Translations under genes and position numbers: made by a program
The notes under the pieces: generated by a model
Told to the model about the DNA's origin: nothing
The model's database searches: none
The model's input: only the letters and a program-made list of their open reading frames with translations
In this document: positions 33,265 through 43,741 of the stretch, piece by piece
How positions within the stretch are numbered: the stretch's first letter is position 1
Layout of the letters: every line of letters starts with the position of its first letter
Origin: Sedimentisphaerales bacterium
Lineage (GTDB): Bacteria; Planctomycetota; Phycisphaerae; Sedimentisphaerales; Anaerobacaceae
DNA length: 64,000 nt
Direction: 5' to 3'
Assembly (NCBI GenBank): GCA_963708075.1
Contig: OY970194.1
Span: 7,200,001-7,264,000 of the forward strand

Positions 33265-35274
33265 ATGTGGGCGTCAGTTAAAACGTGGATCAATGATCGG
33301 TTGCCCGTGTCCGCCATCGTTCGCTGGGGTCTGGAAGAGGATATCCCCGGAGGGTCCAGCTTTGCCTACGTCTTTGGCAGCGCGAACCTCCTCCTCTTGC
33401 TGCTACTTGCCATCACGGGGGTCCTGCAACTATTCTACTATGTACCGACGACGGACCATGCCTACGAAAGCGTGATGTACGTGCGCTTGCAGGTGCCGTT
33501 CGGATGGCTCGTCCATGGATTGCATTACTGGTGTGCGCAGGCTTTCGTCGTATTAGTCGGCGTGCACATGGCCCGGGTCTTTATCTGGGGTGCATACAAG
33601 AATCCCCGCCAGGTGACGTGGATAACAGGCGTGCTTCTCCTGCTGCTGGTTGCGGCCATAGCTTTTACGGGGCCGCTCCTTGCCTGGGATCAACTGGGGT
33701 ACTGGGCGGCCGAGGTCGGGACCAGCATCGCCGGCACGGTCCCATGGATCGGCGACTTTCTGCAGCGGTTTACCCGAGGCGGCGAGACCATGGGCCAGCA
33801 GACACTGTCGAGGTTCTTCATTTTTCACGTGGCCATTCTGCCGACCCTGCTTTTCGCCCTCATTGTCATCCACTTGGCAGCGTTCCGGCAATTCGGCAGC
33901 GCCGGGTCGTGGGAGGCGGAGAAACGCAAGCAGACCGGCAAGTTCTGGCCGGACCAGGCGTATAAAGATATCCTGGTCACTTCTCTTGTCATTATCGCTT
34001 TGGCAGGTCTTTGCGTCTTCTGGCGAGCACCTATAACTGGTGTTGCGGACCCTCTGGGCAGGTCTGTCACCCCGAAGCCGGCATGGAACTTCCTGTTCCT
34101 CTACCAGGCGCTGAAGTCGTTCAAAGGGCCATGGGAGGTTGTCGGAACGGTCGGCGTGCCCCTGGTGCTGATCCTGCTGCTGTTCTTTGTGCCATTTTAC
34201 GATCGTAACCCGGAGCGAAATCCCCGTAAACGCCCGATCGCCATGGCGGGCGGGACCGCTCTCGTCGCCTTGATCCTCGTGTTGACCGTGTTGGGGCAAC
34301 TCTCTCATCCGCTGGCACAAGGGACGAGCGCCGGGCCGGGCTCGCCGAGAGGAGTCCCTCCTGGACAACGGGCACGAGCCGAGACCAATATTTCGGCGGA
34401 GTCCAACAAGTCCGGCATCGCTCCATCCGAGAAAGCCGCTTCCGCCAGCATTCAGAAAGGGCAGGAACTCTACCAATCCCAGGGATGTGCGCCATGCCAC
34501 AAGATCAACGGACAGGGCGGTACTGCAGGTCCCGATCTTTCCGACGAAGGAAACAAAGGAAGGTCCGCCGATTGGCTCGCCACGCAGATTCGCAATCCGA
34601 AAGCGAATGACGCCGCTTCGACTATGCCAGCCTACCCTTCCCTCAATCAAGAGCAAGTCGAGAACCTGGTCGCCTACCTGCTCAGTCTTCGGGCCGGGGG
34701 CGCCCAAATGGCGGGTGAGCAAAAGGAGACGCCGCCGGTCGCCATGGGTATGGAAAGCCGGCAGTTGCCGGCCTCCGGCCAGCAGGGACCTCCGGGAGAG
34801 GCGGCGACACTCATCGGCGGCGTGAGACTCGGGCGCGCGTTGTTCGCAGACTACTGCAGCTCCTGCCACAGCTCCGAAGGTACAGGCAAAGTCCCCAATC
34901 CGGGCTCGGAGAAAGGAATCGTGCCGGGCTTGAATCCCATTGACCCGAACCTCTGGAGTGATGACCCATCAGTCTTTGCGGTGAAGATCGACAGAATCAT
35001 TCAGCACGGTTCCGTCCAGAAGGGCCCTCATCCGGCCATCTACATGCCGGCGTATGGCGATGGCATGACTCTCACGCAGCCGCAGATCGCCGCCATAGAG
35101 GCGTATGTCCTGGGCCTGAATGGTGTCGATCGAGCCAAGATCATCCATCCGGGCGTGTCGCCGGAGCGTTTCTTCCTATGGACGATAGTTGCATTCGGTG
35201 CAATCTGCGCGATGGCGGTCATTCACTTCCTCGTCAGAAAGCGAGGTTCAAGGCAAACATATGAGACCACTTGA
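33265..35274 (+). CDS. Cytochrome b6-like + subunit IV + two cytochrome c domains (fusion)
   Basis: Four haem-b His (GLHYW, VHMAR, FHV, IHL), WDQ, GGETMGQQTLSRFF, KFWPD, PAWNFLFLY; CAPCH and CSSCH; C-terminal TM helix. Confidence 0.92.
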   Translation: MWASVKTWINDRLPVSAIVRWGLEEDIPGGSSFAYVFGSANLLLLLLLAITGVLQLFYYVPTTDHAYESVMYVRLQVPFGWLVHGLHYWCAQAFVVLVGVHMARVFIWGAYKNPRQVTWITGVLLLLLVAAIAFTGPLLAWDQLGYWAAEVGTSIAGTVPWIGDFLQRFTRGGETMGQQTLSRFFIFHVAILPTLLFALIVIHLAAFRQFGSAGSWEAEKRKQTGKFWPDQAYKDILVTSLVIIALAGLCVFWRAPITGVADPLGRSVTPKPAWNFLFLYQALKSFKGPWEVVGTVGVPLVLILLLFFVPFYDRNPERNPRKRPIAMAGGTALVALILVLTVLGQLSHPLAQGTSAGPGSPRGVPPGQRARAETNISAESNKSGIAPSEKAASASIQKGQELYQSQGCAPCHKINGQGGTAGPDLSDEGNKGRSADWLATQIRNPKANDAASTMPAYPSLNQEQVENLVAYLLSLRAGGAQMAGEQKETPPVAMGMESRQLPASGQQGPPGEAATLIGGVRLGRALFADYCSSCHSSEGTGKVPNPGSEKGIVPGLNPIDPNLWSDDPSVFAVKIDRIIQHGSVQKGPHPAIYMPAYGDGMTLTQPQIAAIEAYVLGLNGVDRAKIIHPGVSPERFFLWTIVAFGAICAMAVIHFLVRKRGSRQTYETT

Positions 35275-36061
35275 AGGACAAACGGCGCTGGTCACCGGCG
35301 CCAGCTCCGGCATCGGGGCCGGGGTGGCCAGAGCCATGGCCGCCGCCGGAGCGAACGTCGGAGTGAATTACACCGCCGACGAGAAGAAGGCGGACCGTAT
35401 AGTAAGCGACATCACCAGTGCGGGTGGCCGGGCCATCGCGCTGCGAGCCGATGTCGACCGGGAGGATCAGGTGGTCGCCATGTTCCAAAAGCTCATGGCT
35501 GAATACGGAACCATCGATATCCTGGTGAGCAACGCGGGGATTCAGCGAGATTCTGCGTTCGCGGATATGACCCTGGAACAATGGAACGCTGTCCTCGGCG
35601 TCAATCTCACCGGCAGCTTTCTTTGTGCCCGGGAAGCGGTCAAAGAATTCCTGCGCCGAGGAGTCATTCCGGAACGCTCGAAGGCGGCCGGCAAGATCAT
35701 CTTCACGAGTTCCGTGCACGAGGTGATTCCCTGGGCCGGTCACGCCAATTATGCCAGCTCCAAGGGCGGCATGATGCTGCTGATGAAGACGATCGCCCAG
35801 GAATTGGCCCCGCAGAAAATCCGTGTCAACAGTATCGGCCCGGGTGCCATCAAAACGCCGATCAATGAGTCGGTCTGGAGCGATCCGGCGGGGGCCGCGT
35901 CCATGTGCAAGCTCATCCCCTACGGCAGGATCGGCGAGACGACCGATGTCGCGCCGGTGGCCGTGTGGCTGGCCTCCGACGCGGCGGATTACATCACCGG
36001 AACCACAATTTTCGTGGACGGTGGGATGCTGCTGTACCCGGGTTTCAGGACAGGGGGATGA
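35261..36061 (+). CDS. Glucose 1-dehydrogenase-like SDR
   Basis: TGASSGIG, NAG, SSVHEVIPW, YASSK, PGAIKTPIN, VDGGM. Confidence 0.88.
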   Translation: MRPLEGQTALVTGASSGIGAGVARAMAAAGANVGVNYTADEKKADRIVSDITSAGGRAIALRADVDREDQVVAMFQKLMAEYGTIDILVSNAGIQRDSAFADMTLEQWNAVLGVNLTGSFLCAREAVKEFLRRGVIPERSKAAGKIIFTSSVHEVIPWAGHANYASSKGGMMLLMKTIAQELAPQKIRVNSIGPGAIKTPINESVWSDPAGAASMCKLIPYGRIGETTDVAPVAVWLASDAADYITGTTIFVDGGMLLYPGFRTGG

Positions 36062-36139
36062 AATCGGCAGGGGGCGCAGGTCCGTGCGGGTCAGCAACTC
36101 TGTAGAGCGACAGACACAATTTGATGGAAGGTGTTGGAA

Positions 36140-36895
36140 ATGATCACAAGTGAGGCGCTGCAAGCACAAACGCCCGAGACCGACCGGGATACGGCTCGCA
36201 TGGCTCCATTCCTGTCTACAAGGAAAGAAGCGATCCTGGAAGTCCTGGTGTTCCTTTTTCTCATTGTACCCTCCATGGTGCTTTCCTTCTTCGTGACCCG
36301 CCAGGGAAAGCTGAACTTCGTGTTTGTGTCGATCTCCACGATTCTTCGGGATTTGGCCCTGGTCGGCCTGATCCTCTTCTTCCTCTGGCGTAACGGCGAG
36401 CCGCTGAGCGTGATCGGATGGAGATCCAGGCATCTCACGCGCGCCATCCTGCTTGGAGTTGCGCTCTACTTTCCCTTTCTACTCGTCATCAGCCAGGTGG
36501 AGCAGTTATTGAGTGCGGCAGGGCTGTCTCAGCCTTCCGTACCCGCCCCTGCCCTCTTCGATATCCGGGGACGCTGGGAGATTGCCTTGGCGGTGGTTCT
36601 GGTGGCGGTGGTGGCCATTTCCGAGGAGACGATCTTTCGCGGGTACCTGATGGCTCGCCTGCAGGTCGCCACGAAGAGCACGACAGTGGCGGTGCTGCTA
36701 TCGGCAGTGATCTTCGCTCTGGGACACGGATATGAGGGCTCTCTGGGCGTGGCCACCGTGGGAGTCATGGGACTCATATTCAGCCTGCTCTACCTGTGGA
36801 CGAAGAGCCTCGTCACGCCGACCGTTCTGCACTTCCTTCAGGATTTCATCGCCATCGTCGTGCTTCGCTATCTGCACGGGGCCTCACCCGCCTGA
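36140..36895 (+). CDS. CPBP (CAAX/Abi) intramembrane metalloprotease
   Basis: SEETIFRGY, FALGH, HFLQD; multiple TM helices. Confidence 0.88.
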   Translation: MITSEALQAQTPETDRDTARMAPFLSTRKEAILEVLVFLFLIVPSMVLSFFVTRQGKLNFVFVSISTILRDLALVGLILFFLWRNGEPLSVIGWRSRHLTRAILLGVALYFPFLLVISQVEQLLSAAGLSQPSVPAPALFDIRGRWEIALAVVLVAVVAISEETIFRGYLMARLQVATKSTTVAVLLSAVIFALGHGYEGSLGVATVGVMGLIFSLLYLWTKSLVTPTVLHFLQDFIAIVVLRYLHGASPA

Positions 36896-36921
36896 TAACC
36901 TCGGACCGGGAGTCTCATGCC

Positions 36922-38474
36922 GTGAAGTCCGATGCTCGTATTCTGTGCATCGTGTGGCTGTTCACAACATTCTTTGTCTGCCTCGCAAGCAGTCAAGATG
37001 AACGGAATCGATCCGCCATCCAGCCGGCCGTGCGCCCCGTCCAAAATGACAAGGACGAGCGTTCTCTGCGGGACGCCACTGTGACTGACCACGCTATCGT
37101 CGCGGACGGGGCCACGATCAACTACAGGGCGACCGCGGGATACGTGCCGGTCCGGGGGGAGTCGGACAGGGTGATTGCGGACATGTTCTTCGTGGCCTAT
37201 GAGCGGCAGGATGCGACTTCACGGGGGGCGGCCCGGCCCGTCACGTTTGCCTTCAACGGCGGTCCCGGCTCCTCGGCAGTCTGGCTGCACATGGGCGGTG
37301 TCGGTCCGAAACGCGCCCTGCTGGCCAAGGACGGCACGGCTCTGCCCCTCTCGGAAAAAATGGTGGACAACGAGTATACGTGGCTGGAATTCACCGACCT
37401 TGTCTTCGTGGACCCTGTCGGCAGCGGGTTCAGCCGGGCGGCGCCGGGCGTCGATGCAAGGCCGTTCTACGAGGTCCAGGAGGATATTGAGCTAGCCTCG
37501 GATTTCGTCCGCTCGTTCGTGACGGAGCATGAGCGGTGGCTGTCGCCCCAATACATCGCCGGCGAGAGTTATGGAGCGGCCAGGGCCGCCGGCATGGTCA
37601 GATACCTCCAGGACCACTACGGCCTCTATATCGACGGCCTCGTGCTTTTGTCGCCGGCCCTGAACATGGGGGCGATCAGCTTCGATCCCGGCAACGATCT
37701 GCCCTATGTCCTCAGCGTGCCCTCCTATGCGGCGGCGGCACAATACCACGGCCGGCTGGGGGAGAGAACGCCGCGGGACTTCGAGCGGACTCAGGAAAAG
37801 GTGAAGGCGTGGGTCCTGCAGGAATACATCGGTGCGCTGGTCAGGGGAGCTCGCTCCGTGAAACCGAATTCCGGCAATTTGCCGACAGGCTGGCGGAATG
37901 CACGGGTCTTCCCGAGGGAGTCATTGCGGCCAACCATTTGCGGATCAGCAACGGGGACTTCCTTCGGGAGTTGCTTCGGTTCCATGGCCGGATGCTCGGC
38001 TTGCTGGACAGCCGCGTCGCCGTGGGCGATGTCGAGTCCGGCCGGCGCCCGTGGACCGACCCGTCACTGTTTGTGGCCCAGGGACCCTTTGTCGCCACGT
38101 TCAATGACTACATTCGATCCGAGCTGGGCTTCAAAACCGATCTGCCCTATGTGTTCCTGTCGGAGGAGGCGAATCGGGTATGGAACTGGGGTGAGGGCAA
38201 ACGCGGTTATCTCAACGTCGCCCCGACGCTCGCCGAGGCGATGAATCTGGACAATCGTCTCCGAGTTTTCAACGCCGCCGGATACTACGACCTGGCAACG
38301 CCGTACCTGAGCCAGGAGTATGTCCTCGACCATCTGCATCTACCTTCGAACCTCCGCGCCAACATCACGTTCAGAGTCTATCACTCCGGTCATCAAATCT
38401 ACACCTCCACGGAAGCCCTCCGCCAACTGACCAGCGACGTGCGAGCCTTCATGGCAGGCTCCGCCGCTCGCTGA
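36922..38474 (+). CDS. Secreted S10 serine carboxypeptidase; apparent frameshift at ~37850
   Basis: FNGGPGSS, DPVGSGFS, GESYG; GYYDLATP and SGHQIY lie in the next frame. Confidence 0.88.
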
Positions 38475-38586
38475 TCTCATCAAGATAGCTCTCTTGACGG
38501 CTCGGCCCGAATCAGGTACAGACTCGGTGTCGCGCCTCAGTGAACGTGGTTGCGCATTCTCAGGCAGGGCAGATACGGGGACAAAA

Positions 38587-39540
38587 ATGGATCGACGACA
38601 GTTCATACGCAGCTCTACGGCGGTGATCGCGCTGACGGGAGCAGGGGTACGGATCGGTAGCGCGGGGGAATCCGGGAAGCCGGGCATTCCGAGACGAACG
38701 CTGGGAAAGACCGATGAAAAGGTCAGCGTGCTGATTCTGGGCGGTGTCGCGGCGATGAAGGACCCGCCGACCGCGAGTTTCCATCCGGCCCAACTGGCGG
38801 AGGCCGCGTTGAACGCCGGCATCAATTACTTCGATACGGCCGCGGCATATGGCGACGGTCAGTCCGAGCGCAACTACGGCGAGGTACTTGCCACGCGCCG
38901 AAAGGAAGTCTTTCTCGCGACCAAGACAGGCGACCGTTCCTATGACAGTGCCATGCGCGGCGTCGAAGCCAGTCTCAAACGGCTGCGGACCGATCACGTG
39001 GACCTGCTCCAGGTCCACGGCGTCAGTGCCAAGGAGGATTTCGCCAGGTGGGACGAGCCTGACGGCATAATGAAGGCTCTGCACAAGCTGCGAGAGCAGA
39101 AGGTCACGCGATTCATCGGCGTGACGGGTCACGAGAGTGCGGAGGCGATGCGCCGGGCAATCGAGCTGTTCGACTTCGACACCATCCTGACCACCTTCAA
39201 TCCCACGGCCAGACGCTTGCCATTTCAGCAACTCGTCCTTCCCGTGGCACGGGAGAAGGGCATGGGCATCCTGGCGATGAAGGTCATGGGCGGTGGCTTT
39301 GGCTCGCTGGCGGTCGGCAATCCGCTCAAGAACGACCTCGATAAATACTGGTACCACGACCAGGCGCCAAGCCAGGCTGAGGCCGGGATGCTGATCCGCT
39401 ACGCGCTGGGGCTGGGTGTCTCAGCCGCCATCGTGGGCATGGGCTCGCTCGAACAATTGCGGGTCAACGTGGCCGCGGTATGCAATGGTCAGCCTCTTGA
39501 CGAAGCCCAGCGCAAAGAGTTGGAAAGACACATGGCCTGA
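38587..39540 (+). CDS. Aldo/keto reductase with Tat signal
   Basis: MDRRQFI; GINYFDTAAAYG, FLATK, SLKRLRTDHVDLLQVH, IGVTGH. Confidence 0.88.
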   Translation: MDRRQFIRSSTAVIALTGAGVRIGSAGESGKPGIPRRTLGKTDEKVSVLILGGVAAMKDPPTASFHPAQLAEAALNAGINYFDTAAAYGDGQSERNYGEVLATRRKEVFLATKTGDRSYDSAMRGVEASLKRLRTDHVDLLQVHGVSAKEDFARWDEPDGIMKALHKLREQKVTRFIGVTGHESAEAMRRAIELFDFDTILTTFNPTARRLPFQQLVLPVAREKGMGILAMKVMGGGFGSLAVGNPLKNDLDKYWYHDQAPSQAEAGMLIRYALGLGVSAAIVGMGSLEQLRVNVAAVCNGQPLDEAQRKELERHMA

Positions 39541-39562
39541 GGCCCTCCAACCGAGTTCCGCA

Positions 39563-40828
39563 TTATTCTTCGACAGCGATCTTCACCTTCTGGATCGCGT
39601 TGTGGCCGGACTTGGGGAAGGGGCGCGGCATGGGTTGGGCGACGCCGCCGGCGTCAATCGTGCGGCAACGGAGGTCGTAGGCGCCCGGCCGCTCGACCCT
39701 GAGGATCGCTGCCCAGTGGGCAATCGTGTTGCGGAGGGGCCAGACGTGCGGCTTGCCCGTCGCAGGATCGATCTGACGCGGGATGGACGGCAATCGTCCA
39801 TCGGGCAGCCCGCCGCCCCAGTGCTGTGGCGGAGGCAGGACCTCGGCATCTTTCCATTCAGCCGTGGCGAAATGCGGGTCGTCGGCCGCGAGGGGCTCTT
39901 CCTGCCGGTGCAGCCAGAACTGGACCTTGCTCAGGCCGGATGGGCCGACCTGTGCGACCCCCGTAATCGCCACCGGCTGGCCCGCCTTGATCTTGTCCGG
40001 CACCTGGATGAAACGGGCACAGGTCTTAATACGACTATCCGTGTCGTTATTCCAGGTCGCGTACGTGTCGTTTGACTGGGGATTGTTGGTCAGGACGATT
40101 CGCTGCAGCCATTTCACCGACTGGTTGCCATAGCCGTCCGGGACCAGCATTCGAACGGGTCCGCCGCGCTTGCTGGTCAGCCACTGCCCGTTGAGCTTGT
40201 AGCAGAGGATGACGGGATGCTCGCCCGGCGGGTCCTCCAGGACACGCCCGATCGGCAGCGAGCTTTGGAACCGCTGCTTCGGGTCGTCGTTGTGATAGCC
40301 GTAGTAGAACACGCGCCGGACGTTGCCGGTCGGATGCGCCAGCCACACCACCTCGCGCAGCGGCACGCCCTCCCACAGGCCCATGCCGCACGGACGCTGC
40401 CCGTTCGTGCACGACATCACGCTCAGGAATCGCACCGCGTGCTTCTCGGCGAGCTTCATGAGCCCGTCCCAGTCCAGGGCTGTTCCCGTCGCTTTGGATA
40501 GCGCCCGCTCCACCTGGGCATTGCTCTCCGGGTCCGGCACGACCTCCAATTGCCACGTCTCCCGCGTCAATCCCACCTCGCGCAGCTTCTCCGGCGGCAG
40601 CTCATACGGCGGCGGCTCACCCCGGCCAAATGAGATGAAATCCTCCTCACGAGTGAGATACTCCAACTTCGAAACCGCGTCACGCAACAGCCCTTGAGCA
40701 TCACCCTCACCGTCACCAGCCCACAGGGGCGAAGCACTCAAAGCGGCGACGCCTGCGGCGCCGAGGTGCAGGAAGTGTCGCCGCGTTACGTCCACGTGCT
40801 CTCTTGCCAATCGTTCGATGTGTTCCAT
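39563..40828 (-). CDS. Tat-exported sulfite-oxidase-family molybdopterin oxidoreductase
   Basis: TRRHFL; VMSCTNG (putative Mo-ligating Cys), WEGVPL, GGPVRMLVP..YG..SVKWL; Ig-like C-terminal domain. Confidence 0.83.
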   Translation of the reverse strand: MEHIERLAREHVDVTRRHFLHLGAAGVAALSASPLWAGDGEGDAQGLLRDAVSKLEYLTREEDFISFGRGEPPPYELPPEKLREVGLTRETWQLEVVPDPESNAQVERALSKATGTALDWDGLMKLAEKHAVRFLSVMSCTNGQRPCGMGLWEGVPLREVVWLAHPTGNVRRVFYYGYHNDDPKQRFQSSLPIGRVLEDPPGEHPVILCYKLNGQWLTSKRGGPVRMLVPDGYGNQSVKWLQRIVLTNNPQSNDTYATWNNDTDSRIKTCARFIQVPDKIKAGQPVAITGVAQVGPSGLSKVQFWLHRQEEPLAADDPHFATAEWKDAEVLPPPQHWGGGLPDGRLPSIPRQIDPATGKPHVWPLRNTIAHWAAILRVERPGAYDLRCRTIDAGGVAQPMPRPFPKSGHNAIQKVKIAVEE

Positions 40829-40859
40829 GTGAATCCAGGCCTCAGAGTACGTCTTGCGG

Positions 40860-42215
40860 CTACCTCATCTCGTTGATCAGCGCCAGCGCCTGCTCGATCA
40901 TGACCTCGCCCGCGCCTTTCGCCAGGCGCGTGCCTGATTCCGGCTCGTAGCCGCCTTGTTCGTACGCCTGCGCGTGACACACGTATCCGACCACGTCATT
41001 GGCGAGCGTCACGACGAAGAGGTTCTCAATACCTGCCTTCCTCTTAATCGCCAATCCCACTTCCACCAGCACCTCTCCCGGCAGGCCCACGAGGTAAGTA
41101 CTCCCCAGCTTCAAGACCTGAATCTCCGTGGAGATACTCTCGTCGGAAGACGGCGTCGCCTTCACGGGAAGCGTAATCTCCCTGGTGGCCGCCGTGAGTG
41201 TGACATCGCCGACAGTGGGAGCCAACTGAAGCCTCTTCAACGCCTCGCCTCCGAGCGCCTTGCCCATCTGCTCACAGGGTCTTGGCCCCCGTTGGAGCGG
41301 CACCGCGTTCCCCGCCAGTCCGAGCGCAAAGAGGCTGATCCCGCCTTCCGCCTGCTCCACGACCCGCGTGGCATGCGCCGGATAGTCCGCCGACACGGTC
41401 GTGCTCAAATGCGGATAGATGCACACTGGATGGCAGCCGAAGCTGATAAGGGAGCCCACGATCCTGCCTTCCGCGTTCTCCATCCGCAGGGCGAAGACGG
41501 CAGGATCAACGGGGCCGAATTGCAATTGCGCCTGCGGCTCTGGAAGGACGAATGTCACTCTCGTGTCGCCCTCGCCGGACGTTTCTATCCTCTGCGTCGC
41601 CGCCACGTCGGCGGGCAGCGTGAACATCATCGGCGTCCGGCCCTTGTCGTTCGTCGGCCGGCGATTGTAGAGGATCTCGGGCAGCCTGCCCATCGCGGCG
41701 CCGATTCGCACGTCCTGCATATTGCGGCAGGCAATCGCCACGGCGTCGGCCATTTTCCGGACGAGCACCTGCAGATAGGCCTGATCGATCTGCGAAGGAT
41801 CAAGCCGGCCCTCGCGAGGCAGCTTCGAGCGGGTAAAGACTTCCGGGCCCGAGTGGGTATGAGTGGCGCAGACCATGACGTTCCGGCCGGGGATGCCGAG
41901 TTTCTCGCGGATTGCCGCTCGCACCGGGCTGGTGATCTCTTCGAGCGGCGCGTACAGGAGGTCGGCAGAGAGGATAGCGACGGTGTTCGAGCCGTCGCTG
42001 AGGACCATCGCCTTCGCGTACAGCTCATCCATGACGGCGTCGCTCGGCTTGCCTTGGGAGCCGATGAGCGTAATCCCCAGCGGCGGCGTGATATCGACCT
42101 TCGCACATGCCCCCTTGAGCCCGGCCCTCGCGGCGCCACAAACGAGACAGTTCAGTAGCAGAACGACAAAGATCGAACGTGTCAGCCTGAATGTAGTTTT
42201 CATTGTCACGGCCAT
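40860..42215 (-). CDS. Secreted neutral/alkaline ceramidase-like hydrolase
   Basis: Signal peptide, DITPP, ATHTHSGP, GCHP, SADYP, LPGEV, LAND..GY. Confidence 0.8.
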   Translation of the reverse strand: MAVTMKTTFRLTRSIFVVLLLNCLVCGAARAGLKGACAKVDITPPLGITLIGSQGKPSDAVMDELYAKAMVLSDGSNTVAILSADLLYAPLEEITSPVRAAIREKLGIPGRNVMVCATHTHSGPEVFTRSKLPREGRLDPSQIDQAYLQVLVRKMADAVAIACRNMQDVRIGAAMGRLPEILYNRRPTNDKGRTPMMFTLPADVAATQRIETSGEGDTRVTFVLPEPQAQLQFGPVDPAVFALRMENAEGRIVGSLISFGCHPVCIYPHLSTTVSADYPAHATRVVEQAEGGISLFALGLAGNAVPLQRGPRPCEQMGKALGGEALKRLQLAPTVGDVTLTAATREITLPVKATPSSDESISTEIQVLKLGSTYLVGLPGEVLVEVGLAIKRKAGIENLFVVTLANDVVGYVCHAQAYEQGGYEPESGTRLAKGAGEVMIEQALALINEMR

Positions 42216-42412
42216 GCATCCCCTTTTCTGCTTTACGGTTTCTTGATGGTCCATTCTACTCCCAGTGCCGTACCCCCACCAGCCCGGATACATGCGGACT
42301 GTCCGAAAGCCGCTGCCTGGCCTGAAGCCGAGGGCATGGCTGGCGGCAGTTGCCTCCCGGCTGCCAAAGGTCCAAAATCCTACTATGCGGGTAGGTGATA
42401 TGATAACGTGGG

Positions 42413-43634
42413 CAGGGCTATCGCATCTAAATGCCAAGGACCTTAAGCAGGTAGTCTCGGTCCCAGCCGGCTCGGAGGCGTTTGGCGGCGATGCCGCCCT
42501 TGGCCGTCTTCTCCTGCTTGAGCAGCATCAGGGCGATTCGACGCAATCGCGAGAAGTTCTCGGCGGCGTTGGCCACTCGGACTCGACTGGCGTCCTCATG
42601 GAAACTCACGTCCAGCGACCAGTGCAACTGGACCTCCACGGACCAGTGATGGCGAATCAATGTCCCCAGACGCTGGGCACAGTGTCCCGGATGGGAGCTG
42701 ATGAAGTAGTGTCGCTTTCGTTCGCACTGGCCGTTGACCTGACGCTCTCGCTCGATGGCCGTGAGGCTGCCCAGACCCGGCCAGTCGTGACGCCCTTGCA
42801 GCCATCCCACATCGCTGGTAGTCCACACCCGGCGGGTTTCCAGTCGTCCATGGCCTTTTTCCACGGTTTCCCAGAAGTCCTGCTCGCCGGCAAACCCGTG
42901 GGCGATGCCGTCCTCCATGTACATCCGGGCATCCTCGTACAGAGTCCCTTGGTTAGCCTTGAGGGCCAGCACATAGTCGCCGCCCTGATCGACGATCTGC
43001 TCGGCGATCTCCTTTTGACAACCCATGGCGTCAATCGTGATGGTTGCCTCCTCCACGTCGAGCAGCTTGAGCAACTCCGGGATCGCGGTGATCTCATTGC
43101 TCTTGGCATCGACCGCCCGTTGGCCGAAAGCCACGCAGTTCTCGTGGACCCAGGCACTGACCATGTGCAACGGGCCTTTGGCACGGACCCGATCAAAGCT
43201 GTTTCGCAGGGTCTTGCCGTCGATGGCGATGTGCTTGCCCCGGCTGCTGCCGGCCAGATCCGCCACAAACGCCTGCATGACCGCTTCAAACGCATCCGGG
43301 TCCAGGGCGGCAAAGACCCGACCAAAGGTATCATGCGATGGAATGCCATTGGGCAGGTCCAGAAACGTGCCAAACCATTCCTCGTTGACGTTGCCGAACA
43401 TCTCTACGTCCGTCCAGTGCTCAGCCCCGCAGATCACGGCACAGACGCCAATGACCAGAATATCCTGTAATTCATGCCGTTTCGTCCGCTCCACGCGAGG
43501 ATCAGGAACCGCGGCAAAATGATCCCAAATCGATTTCTTCATCAAAAACGTATTCCTCTCTACTTGAAGTGTCTTGCTTCTGAGAAGAATACGAAACCAT
43601 GCCTGCAAAGGCTCAATTTAGATGCGATAGCCCT
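42413..43634 (-). mobile_element. ISAs1-family insertion sequence (~1.22 kb)
   Basis: Perfect 19-bp IRs AGGGCTATCGCATCTAAAT (42414-42432 / 43616-43634); direct repeat ATAACGTGGG at 42403-42412 and 43635-43644. Confidence 0.95.
42427..43542 (-). CDS. ISAs1-family DDE transposase
   Basis: [56 protein letters not shown]; the stop codon lies inside the IR. Confidence 0.96.
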   Translation of the reverse strand: MKKSIWDHFAAVPDPRVERTKRHELQDILVIGVCAVICGAEHWTDVEMFGNVNEEWFGTFLDLPNGIPSHDTFGRVFAALDPDAFEAVMQAFVADLAGSSRGKHIAIDGKTLRNSFDRVRAKGPLHMVSAWVHENCVAFGQRAVDAKSNEITAIPELLKLLDVEEATITIDAMGCQKEIAEQIVDQGGDYVLALKANQGTLYEDARMYMEDGIAHGFAGEQDFWETVEKGHGRLETRRVWTTSDVGWLQGRHDWPGLGSLTAIERERQVNGQCERKRHYFISSHPGHCAQRLGTLIRHHWSVEVQLHWSLDVSFHEDASRVRVANAAENFSRLRRIALMLLKQEKTAKGGIAAKRLRAGWDRDYLLKVLGI

Positions 43635-43653
43635 ATAACGTGGGTAATTTCCC

Positions 43654-43682
43654 TTGCATTCTGCGTCCTGCCGAGCTACAAT
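43654..43682 (+). promoter_or_regulatory. Putative sigma70 promoter
   Basis: TTGCAT-17 nt-TACAAT, ~60 nt upstream of ATG 43742. Confidence 0.55.
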
Positions 43683-43741
43683 GATAGATGGAAAAAGGCG
43701 CAGACTTGCGCAGGGCCGGAAGAAGTTGGAGGAGTGGTGAA

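Noticed and set aside
42265..43470. 401-aa + strand ORF over the IS
   Set aside because: Antisense to the transposase, crosses the IS boundary and has no recognisable motifs.
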